DNA of 64,000 nucleotides from Mobula hypostoma (lineage: Eukaryota), in contig NC_086097.1 in assembly GCF_963921235.1 (NCBI RefSeq), positions 10,540,001 through 10,604,000 of the forward strand, given 5' to 3'. The first letter of the stretch is position 1, and each line of letters begins with the position of its first letter. The translations under genes were made by a program, and so were the position numbers. The notes under the pieces were generated by a model. It did no database searches, was not told where the DNA came from, and saw nothing but the letters and a program-made list of their open reading frames with translations. This document shows positions 25,478-38,363 of this stretch, one piece after another.

Positions 25478-26800
25478 ATAAGACCATAGGAGATAGAAGC
25501 AGAATTAGGCCATTCAGCCTATCAATTCTGATCTGCCGCTTGATCATGGCTGATCTATTTTCCCTTTCAACCCCATTTTCCTGCCTTCTTCCTGTAACCT
25601 TTGATGCCCTTGCAAATCAAGAACCTATCAACGTCCGCTTTAAATGTACCCAGTGACTTGGCTTCCACAGCCACCTGTGACGATGAATTACAAGATTCAC
25701 CTTTCTGGTTAAATAAATTCCTCCTCATCTCTGGTCTAAAGGGATGTCTTACCATTCTGACGCTGTGCCCTCTGGTCCTAGGTTCTCCCGTTACCGGAAC
25801 CATCCTCTGCACATCCATTCTTTCTAGGCCTTTCAATATTTGGAAGGACAAACTCCAAGGCAGAGTACAAAGTAAATGGCAGGATACTTGGTAGTGTGGA
25901 GGAGCAGAGGGATCTTGGGGTACATGTCCACAGATCCCTGAAAGTTGCCTCACAGGTGGATAGGGTAGTTAAGAAAGCTTATGGGGTGTTAGCTTTCATA
26001 AGTCGAGGGATAGAGTTTAAGAGTCGTGATGCAATGATGCAGCTCTATAAAACTCTGGTTAGGCCACATTTGGAGTACTGTGTCCAGTTCTGGTCACCTC
26101 ACTACAGGAAGGATGTGAAAGCATTGGAAAGGGTACAGAGAAGACTTACCAGGACGCTGCCTGGTTTAGAAAGTATGCATTATGATTGGAGATTAAGGGA
26201 GCTAGGGCTTTACTCTTTGGAGAGAAGGAGGATGAGAGGAGACGTGATAGAGGTGTACAAGATAATAAGAGGAATAGATAAGAGTGAATAGCCAGCGCCT
26301 CTTCCCCAGGGCACCACTGCTCAATACAAGAGGACATGGCTTTAAGGTAAGAGGTGGGAAGTTCAAGGGGGATATTAGAGGAAGGTTTTTCACTCAGAGA
26401 GTGGTTGGTGCGTGGAATGCACTGCCTGAGTCAGTGGTGGAGGCAGATACACTAGTGAAGTTTAAGAGACTACTAGACAGGTATATGGAGGAATTTAAGA
26501 TGGGGGCTTATATGGGAGGCAGGGTTTGAGGGTCGGCACAACATTGTGGGCCGAAGGGCCTGTACTGTGCTGTACTATTCTATGTTCTATGTTCTATTTA
26601 ACAGTTTTAATATAGATCTCAGTCTTCTAAACTCCAACGAGTATAGGTCCCGAGCTCCTCATACACTCCTCATACATTAGCCCTTTTATTGCTGGGATCA
26701 TTCTCGTAAACTTCCTCTGAACTCTGTCCAATGCCTGCACATCCTTTCTTAAACATGAGGCCCAAAACTGCTCACTGTATTCCGAACGTGGCCTGACCAA
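25478..26800 (-). mobile_element. Older antisense CR1, split by a young CR1 insertion
   Basis: Minus-strand ORFs 25567-25953 and 26627-26887 carry CR1 C-terminal motifs. Confidence 0.75.
25841..26596 (+). mobile_element. Young 5'-truncated CR1, same subfamily as 14229-17805
   Basis: Nearly identical by eye to 17048-17805. (TATGTTC)n tail, with tattt at both junctions. Confidence 0.9.
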
Positions 26801-28059
26801 ATAAAATACAATTTCTGAAAAACCATATGAAAACAGAGAGTGAACAACAACCAATGTGCAAAAGAAGTCCAACTGCAAATAAAGCAAAACACAAGATGTA
26901 AAAGGTCATTGAAAGTGAGTCTCTAGGAGTGGTGGTGATTGCAGTTATGCATGATGGTTCAGTTGTTTGAAGCTTGATGAAACTGGTGGCGTGGGACCTA
27001 AAGCTTTTGTGCCTCCTGTCCAACGGTAGATGATAGATTTCAAAAATGTACACCAAGTGATCTCACTATCTTTAATATACTGGAAGTGAAGGCATAAACG
27101 TACTCCTTTTGTACGTCACTCCTTTGGCAATATACACTATTGTCCCATAGGTTTTCCTAATAACATCTTCTTACCTGTATTTGCCTCTTACAAATCATGC
27201 ATGAAGATACCTAGATTTAAAAGGTCTGCAATTTCACACCATGTAGATAGATATTTCATTTTTTTCTCTTCCTAAAGTGCTTAAGTTCATATTTTACATG
27301 ATCTGAATCTAAATTACTCCTTTTACTTCTAGAGTGAAGAAAGATATGACCCATTCCATTTTTTGACATTAAGTTTTTGACATTGGCTTTCATTGACTTT
27401 TTAAAGTGTAGGCAGCTCAGGAAGAGATAGGAAATGTTCGCCCACTTATGACGGTTTTGATCAATATTACAGCATCATTAAACTTGTGAGCTGACAGAGG
27501 ACACACAACTATTCAAAGTTCTTATTAAAAGAAAATTTGTTGTCAAAGCATTTACTGACATATGTATAATGACAGGTCAGTGAAACTAGTCTTAACAACC
27601 CATCCAGCGACTGCACTACCTCTGGACTAATGAGTACTATTTCAACTTGTCTTTATAGAGCACATTAAATCATTTTCAAAAATGTTCAATCACGGACAAA
27701 TTTGCTCAGAATATTGTAGGTGAATTTAGCTTTAGCTAAACATGTTAGCTGACTAAATGAATATCAGGGCAACCTCCCATTCAGATTATGCTGAATTAAC
27801 AGTTGGTGACACCTTTGCCCAGTTAAATGGAATGTGCTGTTCTGGCTTATACATCATGCTGCTGATCTATAAGAAGTCTGATCTTAGCAGCAGAAAGAAC
27901 CCTCAAAATTAGATTCTGATTCAGATTACAGTCTTAAAAAGACCTTCTTTGATTTATAATCTTGGTGAAGACAAGCTGAATGGTCCATAGTTCAAAAAAA
28001 AACTGTGTTGAGTGTTGGTTTTAAATAATTGCAGAGATCACAGTTTGCCTGTCATGATG

Positions 28060-28550
28060 CAGAAGGTATAAAATGGAGACAAATTTCTGTTGGATGAATT
28101 CTGCTCCTGGATTAGAGATCATCTCATTGGAGGATAGGTTGAGGTTAAGGCTTTTCTCTTTAGAGAGAAAGTGGATGAGGGATGACTTGATAGAGGTGTA
28201 CAAGATGATAAGAGGCATACACTGTCAGAGACATTTTTTTGCCAGAACAGAAATGGCTAATACAATTAAGGTGTTTGGAAGAAAGTATAGGGGGGTGTGA
28301 TTGACAAATCTTTAAACAGAGATTGGTGAATGTATTGAATGCAGTATCAGGGGTGTTGCTAGAGGCAGATACATTAGGGACAGTTAAAAGATTCTTCGGT
28401 AGGCACATGGATGAAAGAAATATTGGGGGCTATGAAGAGGAGAAAGATTAGACTGATCTCAGTGCAGGTTAAAGAGTCAACACAATGTTGTAGGCTGAGA
28501 TGCTGGTTCTGCGTTGTACTGCTGTATGCACTGCGTTCTACGTTCTATTC
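28060..28550 (+). mobile_element. Decayed CR1 3' fragment
   Basis: LFSLERKWMRDDLIEVYKMIRG. Confidence 0.75.
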
Positions 28551-28794
28551 AGAGGTGCATGTAAACATTAGGATGTTTGCTCTCTTATGTTATCTTCCAT
28601 GGCCTTGTCTCATTTTATAAGATCTTTGAAATGACTTATGATGACAATGAACGGCTCTTCTTCAAAACGTGTGTGTGCACATCATCACTCAGACTCAGTT
28701 GATGAAAGAAATTCCTGAAATGACAGCTTGCTGATTTATTTTAATACAGCAATCAATATGATTAATATTTGCTGGAGATTCCTATTGTGATTAC

Positions 28795-29370
28795 GTTCAA
28801 AGTTCAAAGTAAATTTATTATCAAAGCAAATATATGTCACTATATACAACCCTGAGATTTGCTTTCTTGTGAGCATACTCAGTGAATCCAAAGAAATACA
28901 ATAGAATCATTGAAAGACTGCACCCTACAGGATGGACAAACAACCGACGTGCAAGAAGCAGCAAACTCTGCACAGACAAAAGAGAACATAAATAATAATA
29001 ATAGATAAATAAGCAATAACTATTGAATACATGAGATGAACAGTCCTTGAAAGTGAGTCCATAGGTTATAGGAACAGTTCAGTAATGGGTTGAGTGAGGT
29101 TATCCCCACTGGTTCAGGAGCCTGGTAGTTAACAAGCGGTAACTGCTCCTGAACCTGGTGGTGTGAGTCCTGATGCTCCTGTACCTTCTTCCGTTAGGAT
29201 TGCCTTGGTGTGGGAGGCCTTGACGATGGATGTTGTTTTCCTGCAACAGCACTCCTTGTAGATGTGCTCATTGCCAGGAAGGGCTTTACCTACGATAAAT
29301 AAATAAACAATAAATATTGAGAACATGAGATGAAGGAACCTTGAAAGAGAGTCCATAGGTTGTGGGAATT
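28795..29370 (-). mobile_element. Rex1/Babar 3' fragment
   Basis: GKALPGNEHIYKECC; antisense (TTTGAAC)n tail with aataaa. Confidence 0.7.
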
Positions 29371-29379
29371 CAAACATCA

Positions 29380-30070
29380 GAGGAGCAGAGGGACTTAGGA
29401 GTCCTCATGCAAGACTTCTAGAAGGTTAATTGACAGGTTGAATCTGTGGTAAAGACATTAATTTCAAGGGGTATAGAGTATAAAATCAAGATAATGCTGA
29501 GCTTTTATAAGAGGCTAGTCAGGACACACCTGAGTATTATCAACAGTTTTTGTCCCATATCTCAGAAAGGATGTGTTGTCATTGGAGAGAGTCCTGAGGA
29601 GGTTCATGAGTTTGATTCTAGGAATGAAGAGGTTAATATATGAGGAGCATTTGGCAGCTTTGGGCTTCTACTAACTGGAATTTAGATGAATGCATGGGGA
29701 TCCCATTGAAACCTACTGAATGTTGAAAGAGATAAAGTGGATGTAGAGAGGATGTTTCCTGTGGCAGAGGCACAGCCTCAAAAATGAGGGGCGACCTTTC
29801 AGAACAGAAGTAAGGAGGAATTTTTATAGCCAGAGAGAAGTGGGTCTGTGGAATGCTCTGCCACAGACTTCAGTGGAGGCCAAGTCCATGGAAATATTTG
29901 AGCAAAAGTTGATAAGTTTCCTGATTGGTCAGGACATCAAAGGATATGGCGAGAAGGCAGGTGTATGGGGTTGAGTGGGATCTGGGATCAACCACAATGG
30001 AATGGTGGAACATATTTGATGGACCAAATGGCCTAATTCTTCTCTATATATTTTATGGTGTTATGATCTA
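29380..30070 (+). mobile_element. Decayed CR1 3' fragment
   Basis: ISRGIEYK..YKRLVR..; CR1 3' UTR ggaccaaatggcctaattct. Confidence 0.75.
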
Positions 30071-30253
30071 ATGTTTTATGAGCTGCATTTCTGATGTGCA
30101 ACTGACTACTATGCTGTAAATTTGGAAAAACCTCAACATAACAGTTTTATGAGTAGAAGTACAATGAGTAATGTACAATGCTGTGCAAAAGTCTGATACA
30201 CATAGCTAAGGTCCCTAGGACTTCTGCACAGCACTGCATTTGTCAACGTGGAG

Positions 30254-30659
30254 GATGGGAGCTGACCTAACAGAGGTGTATAAGATGATGAAGGTTATTG
30301 ATCTTATCAATAATCAAAGGCTTTTTCCCAGGGCTGAAATGGCTAACACAAGGGGCCTTAGTTTACAGGTGCTTGGAAATAGGTACTGAGGAGATATCAG
30401 GTGTAAGTTTTTCACACAGAGAGTAGTGGGTGCGTGGAATGCACTGCCGGTGGCTGTGGTGGAAGCGGATACAGTAGGATCTTTTAAGCACATCTTAGAT
30501 AGGTACATGGAGGTTAGAGAAATAGAGGGCCATGCAGTAGGGAAATTTTAGGTAATCTCTAGAGTAAGTTACATGGTTGGCATAACATTGTGGGTCGAAG
30601 GGCCTGTAATGTGCTGTAGATTTCTATGTCTATATCATATGTCTATGTCTATGTTCTAT
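30254..30659 (+). mobile_element. CR1 3' fragment with short TSD
   Basis: FFTQRVVGAWNALP; tail tatgtctatgttcta; gtggag on both sides. Confidence 0.8.
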
Positions 30660-31012
30660 GTGGAGCAGAGAGCGAGTTTGTAAATCTGGTGGGACCAAAG
30701 GATTTTGGGAATGGTGAGGGTGGAACGCAGTGGGAGGGATTTGGGATAGGTGGCAGAGAAGCAGTGCTAGGGCAGGGCATGAGGTGTGAGATGGCTGTGG
30801 ACTGGGTGCAGTCACACCCAGCCCGGAGACACCAGGCAGTCAATTGATTCCAAACAATCGGTTTATTGATCATTACAGAATAGGTTTCTGGTACTTCCTG
30901 CACCCACCCCTCTCTCTTCCCCTTTTCCCAACCATGATTTCCCTCTTTCTGCCCTCTTCCCACTTTCAGTCCACAACAAAGACCTATATCAGAATCAGTT
31001 TGTCATGACATT

Positions 31013-31690
31013 TAGATTAGATTAGATTATGAGGACACACAGTCCTCTTTTATTGTTATTTAGTAATGCACACATTAAGAAATGATACAATATTCCTCCA
31101 GAAATGATATCACAGAAACACAAGACAAACCGACTGAAAAACTGACAAAAACCACATAATTATAACATATAGTTACAACAGTGCAAAGCAATACCGTAAT
31201 TTGATGAAGAACAGACCATGGGCATGGTAAAAAAAAGTCTCAAAGTCTCTCGAAAGTCCTATCATCTCACGCAGACGGTAGGAGGAAGAAAAAAAACTCT
31301 CCCTGCCATGAGCTTCCAGCGCCGCAAACTTGCCGATGCAGCATCCTGGAAGCACCCGACCACAGCCGACGCTTGAGTCCGTCCGAAAACTTTGAGTCTC
31401 CGACACTGAGCACCGAGCACCATCTCTGCTGAGCGCTTCGACCCCGGCCCCGGGAACAGACAATAGGCAAAGCCAAGGATTTGGGGCCTTCCCCTCCGGA
31501 GATTCTCAATCGCACAGTAGCAGCGGCAGCAAAGCAGGCATTTCAGAAGTTTCTCCAGGTGTTCCTCCGTGCTTCTCACATCTGTCTCCATCAAATCAGG
31601 ATTGTGCACGGCCCCTAGTTAACGCATACGATATCATTCGGAGCGGCCGCGCGCTCTGCTTTGCACCGCCATCTTCTCCTCCCCTCCTGA
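31013..31690 (-). mobile_element. Family C non-coding retroelement, second and more CpG-intact copy
   Basis: On the minus strand: 5' ggaggagaagatggcgg; 3' aataaaa, hairpin gaggac-tgtgt-gtcctc, then (TAATC)n. Confidence 0.8.
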
Positions 31691-32462
31691 TTTTGTTTTT
31701 GCAATAAATTTGTTTTTATTTTTCCATAGCAGTACAGTGCAATACATAAAATTACCATAGTTTTGTGCAAAAGTCTTAGGCATCCTAGCGGTATACAGTA
31801 TACAATATATGTACCTAATAGTTTTGCACAGTGCTGTATTTATTACAAGTACAATTCTTTTCATATCTTTGTATATTCAGAATATGTATCTTAAAATAGC
31901 TCACATAGAGTCTGTGATCCACCTGATTTCAAATTACAAACAAAGCCACTATTTTAAAAGGTATGCAGCACGTTTTCACAAAATGCACAATATCTATGAT
32001 CAGAACATGGACAGGGTGGAAATGATAATTTCAGCACAGTCAGTGAAGCTCATTCTATGTCTGAGAAAATGAACAAAGTGACAGAGCCAGGGGAGTAGCT
32101 GTGTCACTGGTCTAGTGAGACTGAAACTCACAGAGAAGACTTGGAGTCATATTTAGAGCAGATACCCTACCCAGAAGAACATTGAGGAACTGGAGATAAT
32201 CCATTCATAAGATCATGAGATACAGGAGTAGAAGTAGGCCTGTTGTCCCATTCAGTCTGCTCGGCATTCCATTATGGCTGATTTACTATCTGTCTTAACC
32301 ATATTCTCTGCCTTCTCCATGTAACCTTTAAAGCTCTGACTACCCAAGAACCTATTAAATTCTCAATGCCATAGCCTCCACAGCAGTCCATGGCAGTGAA
32401 TTCCACAGTGAATTTCACCACCCTATAACTAAAGAAATTCCTCCTCAGCTCTGTTCTACCAT

Positions 32463-32750
32463 GGGCAGCACAGTAACATAGTCGTTAGCACAAAGCTTTA
32501 CAGTACAGGCAACCTGGGTTCAATTCCTGGCACTGCCTATAAGGAGTTTGTATGTTCTCATTGTGACTGCATAGGTTTCCTCCGGGTGCTCTTGTTTCCT
32601 CCCACTGTCCAAAGACATAGCGGTTAGTAGGTTAATTGGTCATTGTAAATTGTCCCATGATTACGCGAGGGTTAAATTGGGGGATTGCTGGGTGGTGTGG
32701 CTCGAAGGGCCAGAAATGTCTACTCCGTGCTGTATGTCAATCAATTAATC
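32463..32750 (+). mobile_element. V-SINE (HE1-like)
   Basis: B box ggttcaattcc, V-domain and (TCAA)n tail. Confidence 0.8.
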
Positions 32751-32820
32751 AATGAATATCAGGTTAATGAGGTTTATTTGCTGCATCACTGCAAGTTGAG
32801 TGATTGCCAAGAAGGGATTA

Positions 32821-33247
32821 GGGTGGTCTCCATGGATTGTCACCTTGTCATGGTGGAGAAGCTTGTGTGGTCCTGAGATCCCGAGAGCGATGCCGTCTGG
32901 AGCTATGCTCCTGGTAGGGTCACCCATGGTGGTAAGGTCGAGGGTGAGGTCCCTGACAAAGAACATTCCAACCAAGACCTCAACGGTGGAACAGGCGGAC
33001 AAAGTTACTTCAAACTCAACGGCTGTGAAGGCGGATGAAGGCTGCAACAAATCCATCAGCTCCAATCGTCGTGGTTTCCGTGCCATTGGAATCAGTTGGT
33101 TGATTTGTGAAGTATTGTGTGCTTCTTGGAGTGCAACACCAAGTACATGTTAAACAAATACACGCACAGGCATCTTCACTCTGTGGGCCACTTCTTCAGA
33201 ACGAAGACCATCATCCTCGACCTTGGGGGATAGCCACGACGACGACG
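32821..33247 (+). mobile_element. Non-coding RTE (Expander/Bov-B-like) bipartite element (family D) with (GAC)n tail
   Basis: Its 5' part caccttgtcatggtggag...ggtagggtcacccatgg...ctgacaaag resembles RTE 5' UTRs. No RT ORF. Ends gacgacgacg. Confidence 0.65.
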
Positions 33248-33520
33248 GGGGAATAATAGAAATGTACTGCCTACCTACAGATTTCATTTGATGGGTCCAT
33301 CAATGACCACTCATCTAGTGCTCCGAAAAAACCTCCCTAACTCTAGCTCCTACTGAGGAACAAACACAAGCCCGTTCCCACTGACACCATGTGCAGTCTC
33401 CACCCAGCTAATAGGGTTCACCGGTCGTTCATCACCTGCGGCCTATCTGACCCCAGTTCTCATCCACAGTCCTTGTTCACTCCTCATGTCTTTTTATTTT
33501 GCAACCTTTTGTTAAAAGTT

Positions 33521-33900
33521 TGGGTAGCAGGGTGGAGATATATCTCTACCAAAGGAGACGTAAAGCACTCTTTACCTCCACTAGCCTGCGGGTCACACCT
33601 GGGCAAGGTGTAGCACCTACCTCTCCCCCCAATCAGGGTCATGTGAAGCTGTAGGAACAGGAGGTGGATGGTTGTATGAGCAGCTGGTGCATATCACAAG
33701 TTCTGGTTATGCAACCACTGACACCAGGCAGATGATTTTTGAAGAGTATTGATGATGGCTGGGGTCACCCATCATGTAAAGACACTGCCCAGAAGAAAGC
33801 AATGGAAAACTACTCCTGAAGTAAAATTTGCCAAGAACAATCATGGTCATGAGACCATGATCGCCCACGATGTCGGGCAATGCACATAATGATGATGATT
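33521..33900 (+). mobile_element. RTE-tail non-autonomous element (family B)
   Basis: Similar to 1150-1515, with an (ATG)n tail. Confidence 0.78.
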
Positions 33901-35185
33901 ATTAAAGTTATCATTGAATTGTCTCAGCTTCTCGGTCAACCTGCTCTACATTTCCTGACACAAAACGCTCACCACTTTCCTAAATCCTATCCAGTGATCT
34001 GTTCCTGAGGAAACTGTGTGCATAATGAAGCTTCAATTATTTCTCTCAATACCACAATATACAATAAATACTGAGCATCAGCAAAGGAAGAGTAAACACT
34101 CAACTCATCGACAGAGATGCACTTGCCACGCCTATTTTATCAGGACATTCTAGGCACTACTTCGATATTCTAAATGTAGTGTGTCATGATGACCAGTTCA
34201 AATTAGCCTCTTAATGATTAAGGACCCCACAGGGGTGGACATTATGAGCTACAGGCTCTTTCCGGTTATATTATGATGCACACAATACATCTGGCACTTG
34301 GAAGACCTCAGCAACCCGCTAAATGGCCAGCTGTTCTATGAATTGCTGCAGTGCTGCGGGCACGAAAGGCTGTATCATCAGTCCCTTTGTGAGCTCTTTG
34401 CCACATCCCCAAGTGTCAGAATTTTGATTTATATGTTGCCTCTATGTAAGGACAACGCTAAATTTCTGCAGGTTAATTGTTAAGGTGCCATGAGATATTT
34501 TATGAGTAATTCAATCTCTTGTATGGTCTAATAATGAGTTTGTAATGGTTTGCTGGGCATTCCTTCCTGGCCAGTTGTTCCGAGCACAGTGCTTAAATGC
34601 TTGTTGCTTACATGTCCTCACAAAGATGAAGGACATTGTGCAATTCTTTTATTAAAAAAAGACCAGGCAATTAGATAATAGTTCAATTAACTATCAACTC
34701 CCCAAGAGTTACGCTACGATTTCAGTCTCCCGCTGTTAATGTGATAAGGTTAGCATTTCATGAGCTGAAATATTCAGTATCTATTAAACTGCAATACATT
34801 ATAATAAAGAGTTATTGACTGGTAGAAATATTTCATTGGCACAATGCCAAAAATCCACACCGAGTCATAAATCATCGCTCCCTGGTACAGATGCAGGCAG
34901 ACAAACTCATTAGGAGATTCTACCAAGTTTCACTGGATTGAACTGCATTGGCATCACTCCATTCTTTGACCAAATAGGTTTGTCTCTAATTTGAAACTGG
35001 CTGGCATGTGTGCCTCAAAAAGGTGGGATCAATCATTACGGACCTCCATCAACTAGGACATGCCCTCTTCTCATTGCTATCATCAAGGGGGAGGTGCAGG
35101 AGCCTAAAGACAAACACTCAACCTTTCAGGAGCAGCTTCTTTTCTGGTGCTGTGAGAGAGCAAAAAAAAAATCATAGTATTTATT

Positions 35186-35385
35186 GTTGTTTTTGTTGAG
35201 TGCTATCAAGTCACCATCGACTCATTGCGACCCTATGGATAGGGCTTCCGTGGCAAGATACAGAAGTAGGTTGCCATGCTTTTCTTCTGCACAGATACTG
35301 CCGCTGCCCAGGTTGGGAACTGCCTGGATTCAAACTCACGACCAACCATCTTAAAGCCCAGTGCAGATGCTACTACCACATTAGC
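35186..35385 (-). mobile_element. tRNA-head/RTE-tail SINE inserted in a Rex1 3' fragment (35005-35500)
   Basis: Minus strand has a B-box-like gagtttgaatcc, then gcatggcaacctacttctgtatcttgcc..catagggtcgcaatgagtcg and a (CAA)n tail. tttattgt is repeated at both junctions. Confidence 0.65.
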
Positions 35386-35729
35386 CTTTATTGTAATCTT
35401 TAGTTTTTTTACTATTATGTATTACAGTGTACTGCTGCCACCAAATAATAAGTTTCATAACATATGCCAGCGATATTAAAGCTGATTCTAAGTCTGATTT
35501 ATTAGATTGGCTACTGGTGAACTTCCTTAATTCTATGTTATTGTCATGGCATAACTGGCCAAAATAGAACTGTCCTGGTGATTCTATGAAAGGCTTTGAT
35601 CTTGCAATTACAGATTAACACCTTCAGCAAAACTCTGAAAATAGAAAAGTTTTATCTACATAAGATTTTAAATCTTGAGCTGTCAAGCACACACGACTAA
35701 TGAATATGATAAAAGCCGAATGTGTTATA

Positions 35730-36003
35730 TGAGCATCGTGGTAGTTAGCGGTTAGCTCAAAGCGTTGGAGTTTGGAGTTCAATTCCAGTGCCATATGTAA
35801 GGAGTTTGCACATGGTCCCCGTGACCGTATGGGTTTCTTCTGGGTGCTCTCACAGTCCAAAGACATACAGGCTAATAGGTTAATTGGGCATTGTAAGTTG
35901 TCCTGTGATTAGGCTGGGGTTAACTAGGTGGGTTGCTTGGTGACGCTGCTTGTTGGTTGGGAAAGGTCTGCTTGTGCTGTATCTCTGATAAAATAAATAA
36001 ATT
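35730..36003 (+). mobile_element. V-SINE (HE1-like)
   Basis: tRNA-like head, V-domain and (TAAA)n tail. Confidence 0.75.
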
Positions 36004-36229
36004 AACACCAGGAGCAAGAAGTTGTAATGGGCCACAAAAAATAGCAAGGATTCATCTAAATAAAAGTTTAAATCTCAACCTGGCCAGCAGGCACGACTAA
36101 TGAATATGATCAAAGCAGGATGGGTTATAAATAAGCTGAGAGCCTTAGACAGACAAATTGATCTTGATTTTTTCTGTCAGGTATGGAAAACCATTTCAGG
36201 TCAAAAAACTTCTGAATCCAGAAATAAAG

Positions 36230-37075
36230 TTGAAGTTCAAATTCAAATTTATTGCCATTAAACTGTACACATGTATACCACCAAATGAAACAATGTTCCT
36301 CTGAAGCGAAGTGCATAACACAGTACATATAGCTCACACACACACCGCATATAAAGTAATATTACCACAAATAATAAGGTGCCTTTATAACACAAGTCAA
36401 AAGGTGAACAGTGTGACACTACTAGTGCTTTATACGTGATAAGTCCTGTGCAGTGTCCGGGAGCTCAGTAGTGAAGAGTACATAAATACATATCTGGGAT
36501 TTTGTATTCTGGTGTATTAAACTGTTTGAAAGTTTGACATTCAAGTCAAGTCAAGTTTATTGTCATTTAACTATATACATGTATACTGCCAAATGAGACA
36601 ACATTTCTTCAGAGCAGGATGTAAAGCACAATAGTATACATAACACACAATAACTTAGGTAAGTAAGAATTAAATCTACAAATGAATTATACATAGAGAA
36701 ACAAAGTAAAGTGCATAAATTAAATATTGTAGGGTACAATACAAATTATCTGCTGACACTTCGAATGCGATGTGGCAGGGAGTTCAGTAGTCTAATGGCC
36801 TGAGGGAAGAAGCAGTCTGCCATCCTGACTGTTCTTGTCTTTATGCATCGGAGTCTGCTATTTGATGTTAATAGTCAAAGAGGCTGCAGGATCCTTGATA
36901 ATACTAAAGTCCCTGCATATACAGTGCTCCTGGTAGATGTCCCTCATGGATGGTAAGGAGACCCCTATGGTCCCCTCAGCCATTTTCACAGTGCATTGGA
37001 GGGACTCCTAGTTTGATGCTCTGCTGCTCCCATACCAGGTAGAGATGTAGCCTGTCTGGATGCTCTCCTGTAAAA
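36230..37075 (-). mobile_element. Two antisense Rex1/Babar 3' fragments (36230-36475 and 36540-37075)
   Basis: Antisense tails (TTCAAA)n and (CAAGT)n followed by tttatt; decayed C-terminal coding sequence. Confidence 0.65.
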
Positions 37076-37169
37076 TTCAGTTAAGATAGGGGAGGTGTGC
37101 TCACTTATCTCATAGCATCCTGGGAAAGCAATTACAATTACATTTTGGTTACATAGTCCACAAAATGAC

Positions 37170-37794
37170 TACTCTAATGATCTGTTACAACCTATTTAGT
37201 AAGGGTAAGATAAGGAACACACACCAGAGGGATCAAAAGTGGAAAAATGGGAAATTTCAAGTTCCTGGGTGTCAATATCTCTGGGGATATAACCAGACCC
37301 AAGATATTGATGTAGCTACAAAGCATGAAGGCAGCTCTATTTCATTAGAAGTTTGAGGAGATTTGGTATGCCACGTAAAGCACTCGCAAATTTCTGCAGA
37401 TGTACCGTGGAGAGCATTTGAACTGTCTACATCACCATCTTGTCTGGGGTGGGGGAAGGGGGCTACTGCACAGGACTAAAATTAGCTGCAGAGCTGTAAA
37501 CTTAGTCAGATCCATCATGGGCACTAGCTGCCATAGTATCCAGGACATCTTCAAGGAGCAATGCTTCAAAAAACATGGAGTCCATCATTAATGACCCTCA
37601 TCACCCAGGACATGCCCCCTGCTTACAGCAACCATCAGGAAGGAGGGACAGAAGCCTGAAAGCACACACGCTCAATGGTTCAGGAACAGCTTCTTCTCTT
37701 GTGCCATCGAATTTTTGAGTGGACATTCAATCCATGAACACAGCCCCACCACTTTTTTATTATCTCTATTTTTGCATTACTTATTTAATTTAAC

Positions 37795-37831
<37 letters not shown>

Positions 37832-37935
37832 TGTAATTCACAATTGTTTTCTATTATTATGTATTGCATTGTACTATTGCTGCAGAGTTAACAAATTTCA
37901 TGACATATGTCAGTGATATTAAACTTGATTCTGAT
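37170..37935 (+). mobile_element. Decayed Rex1/Babar 3' fragment containing a (TA)n microsatellite at ~37798-37829
   Basis: FKFLGVNIS, FCRCTVESIL and PSGRR.RSL remnants. Confidence 0.7.
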
Positions 37936-38363
37936 TCCCCCTTCCCTTCCTTGATGAATCAAAGTAGCATTCATTTGTCATTTGCTTCATTTTCCTCTGC
38001 CATCACTGGTCCTGTATTACTGGTACATATGGTTAGTGGTTGCTAACGACCTGCAGAGAACTCATTATTCTTGCCCAGGTGCGCATCTCATCTGTCATCC
38101 AATGCCCAAGGTGCTGCCATTTGATGATTTGGGTATCTAAATCAGCGTCTCTTTGGAGGCTTTGCTACTGCTTGTACTGTGGGGGGAGTGGGCCATTGTT
38201 TTTGCTGGTGCAAGTAGGGGGATGGAGAGGGTCACTGCTTTTGCTGCTGTTTGTGTGTGGTGAGGGGAAGGGGGAGCTTAGGAGTTCTGATGTTTCTGTC
38301 ATTCGTTCTTTGGGTTTTATCTGTTTTGTGGATGTCTGTAAAGAGTAAAAGTTTCAGGTTATA

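Larger units (their letters stand above)
30172..31838. mobile_element. Probable Tc1/mariner-type non-autonomous element bounded by short palindromes, with nested inserts
   Basis: tgtgcaaaagtct...tgcacag palindromes at ~30172-30237 and ~31758-31838. Confidence 0.45.
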
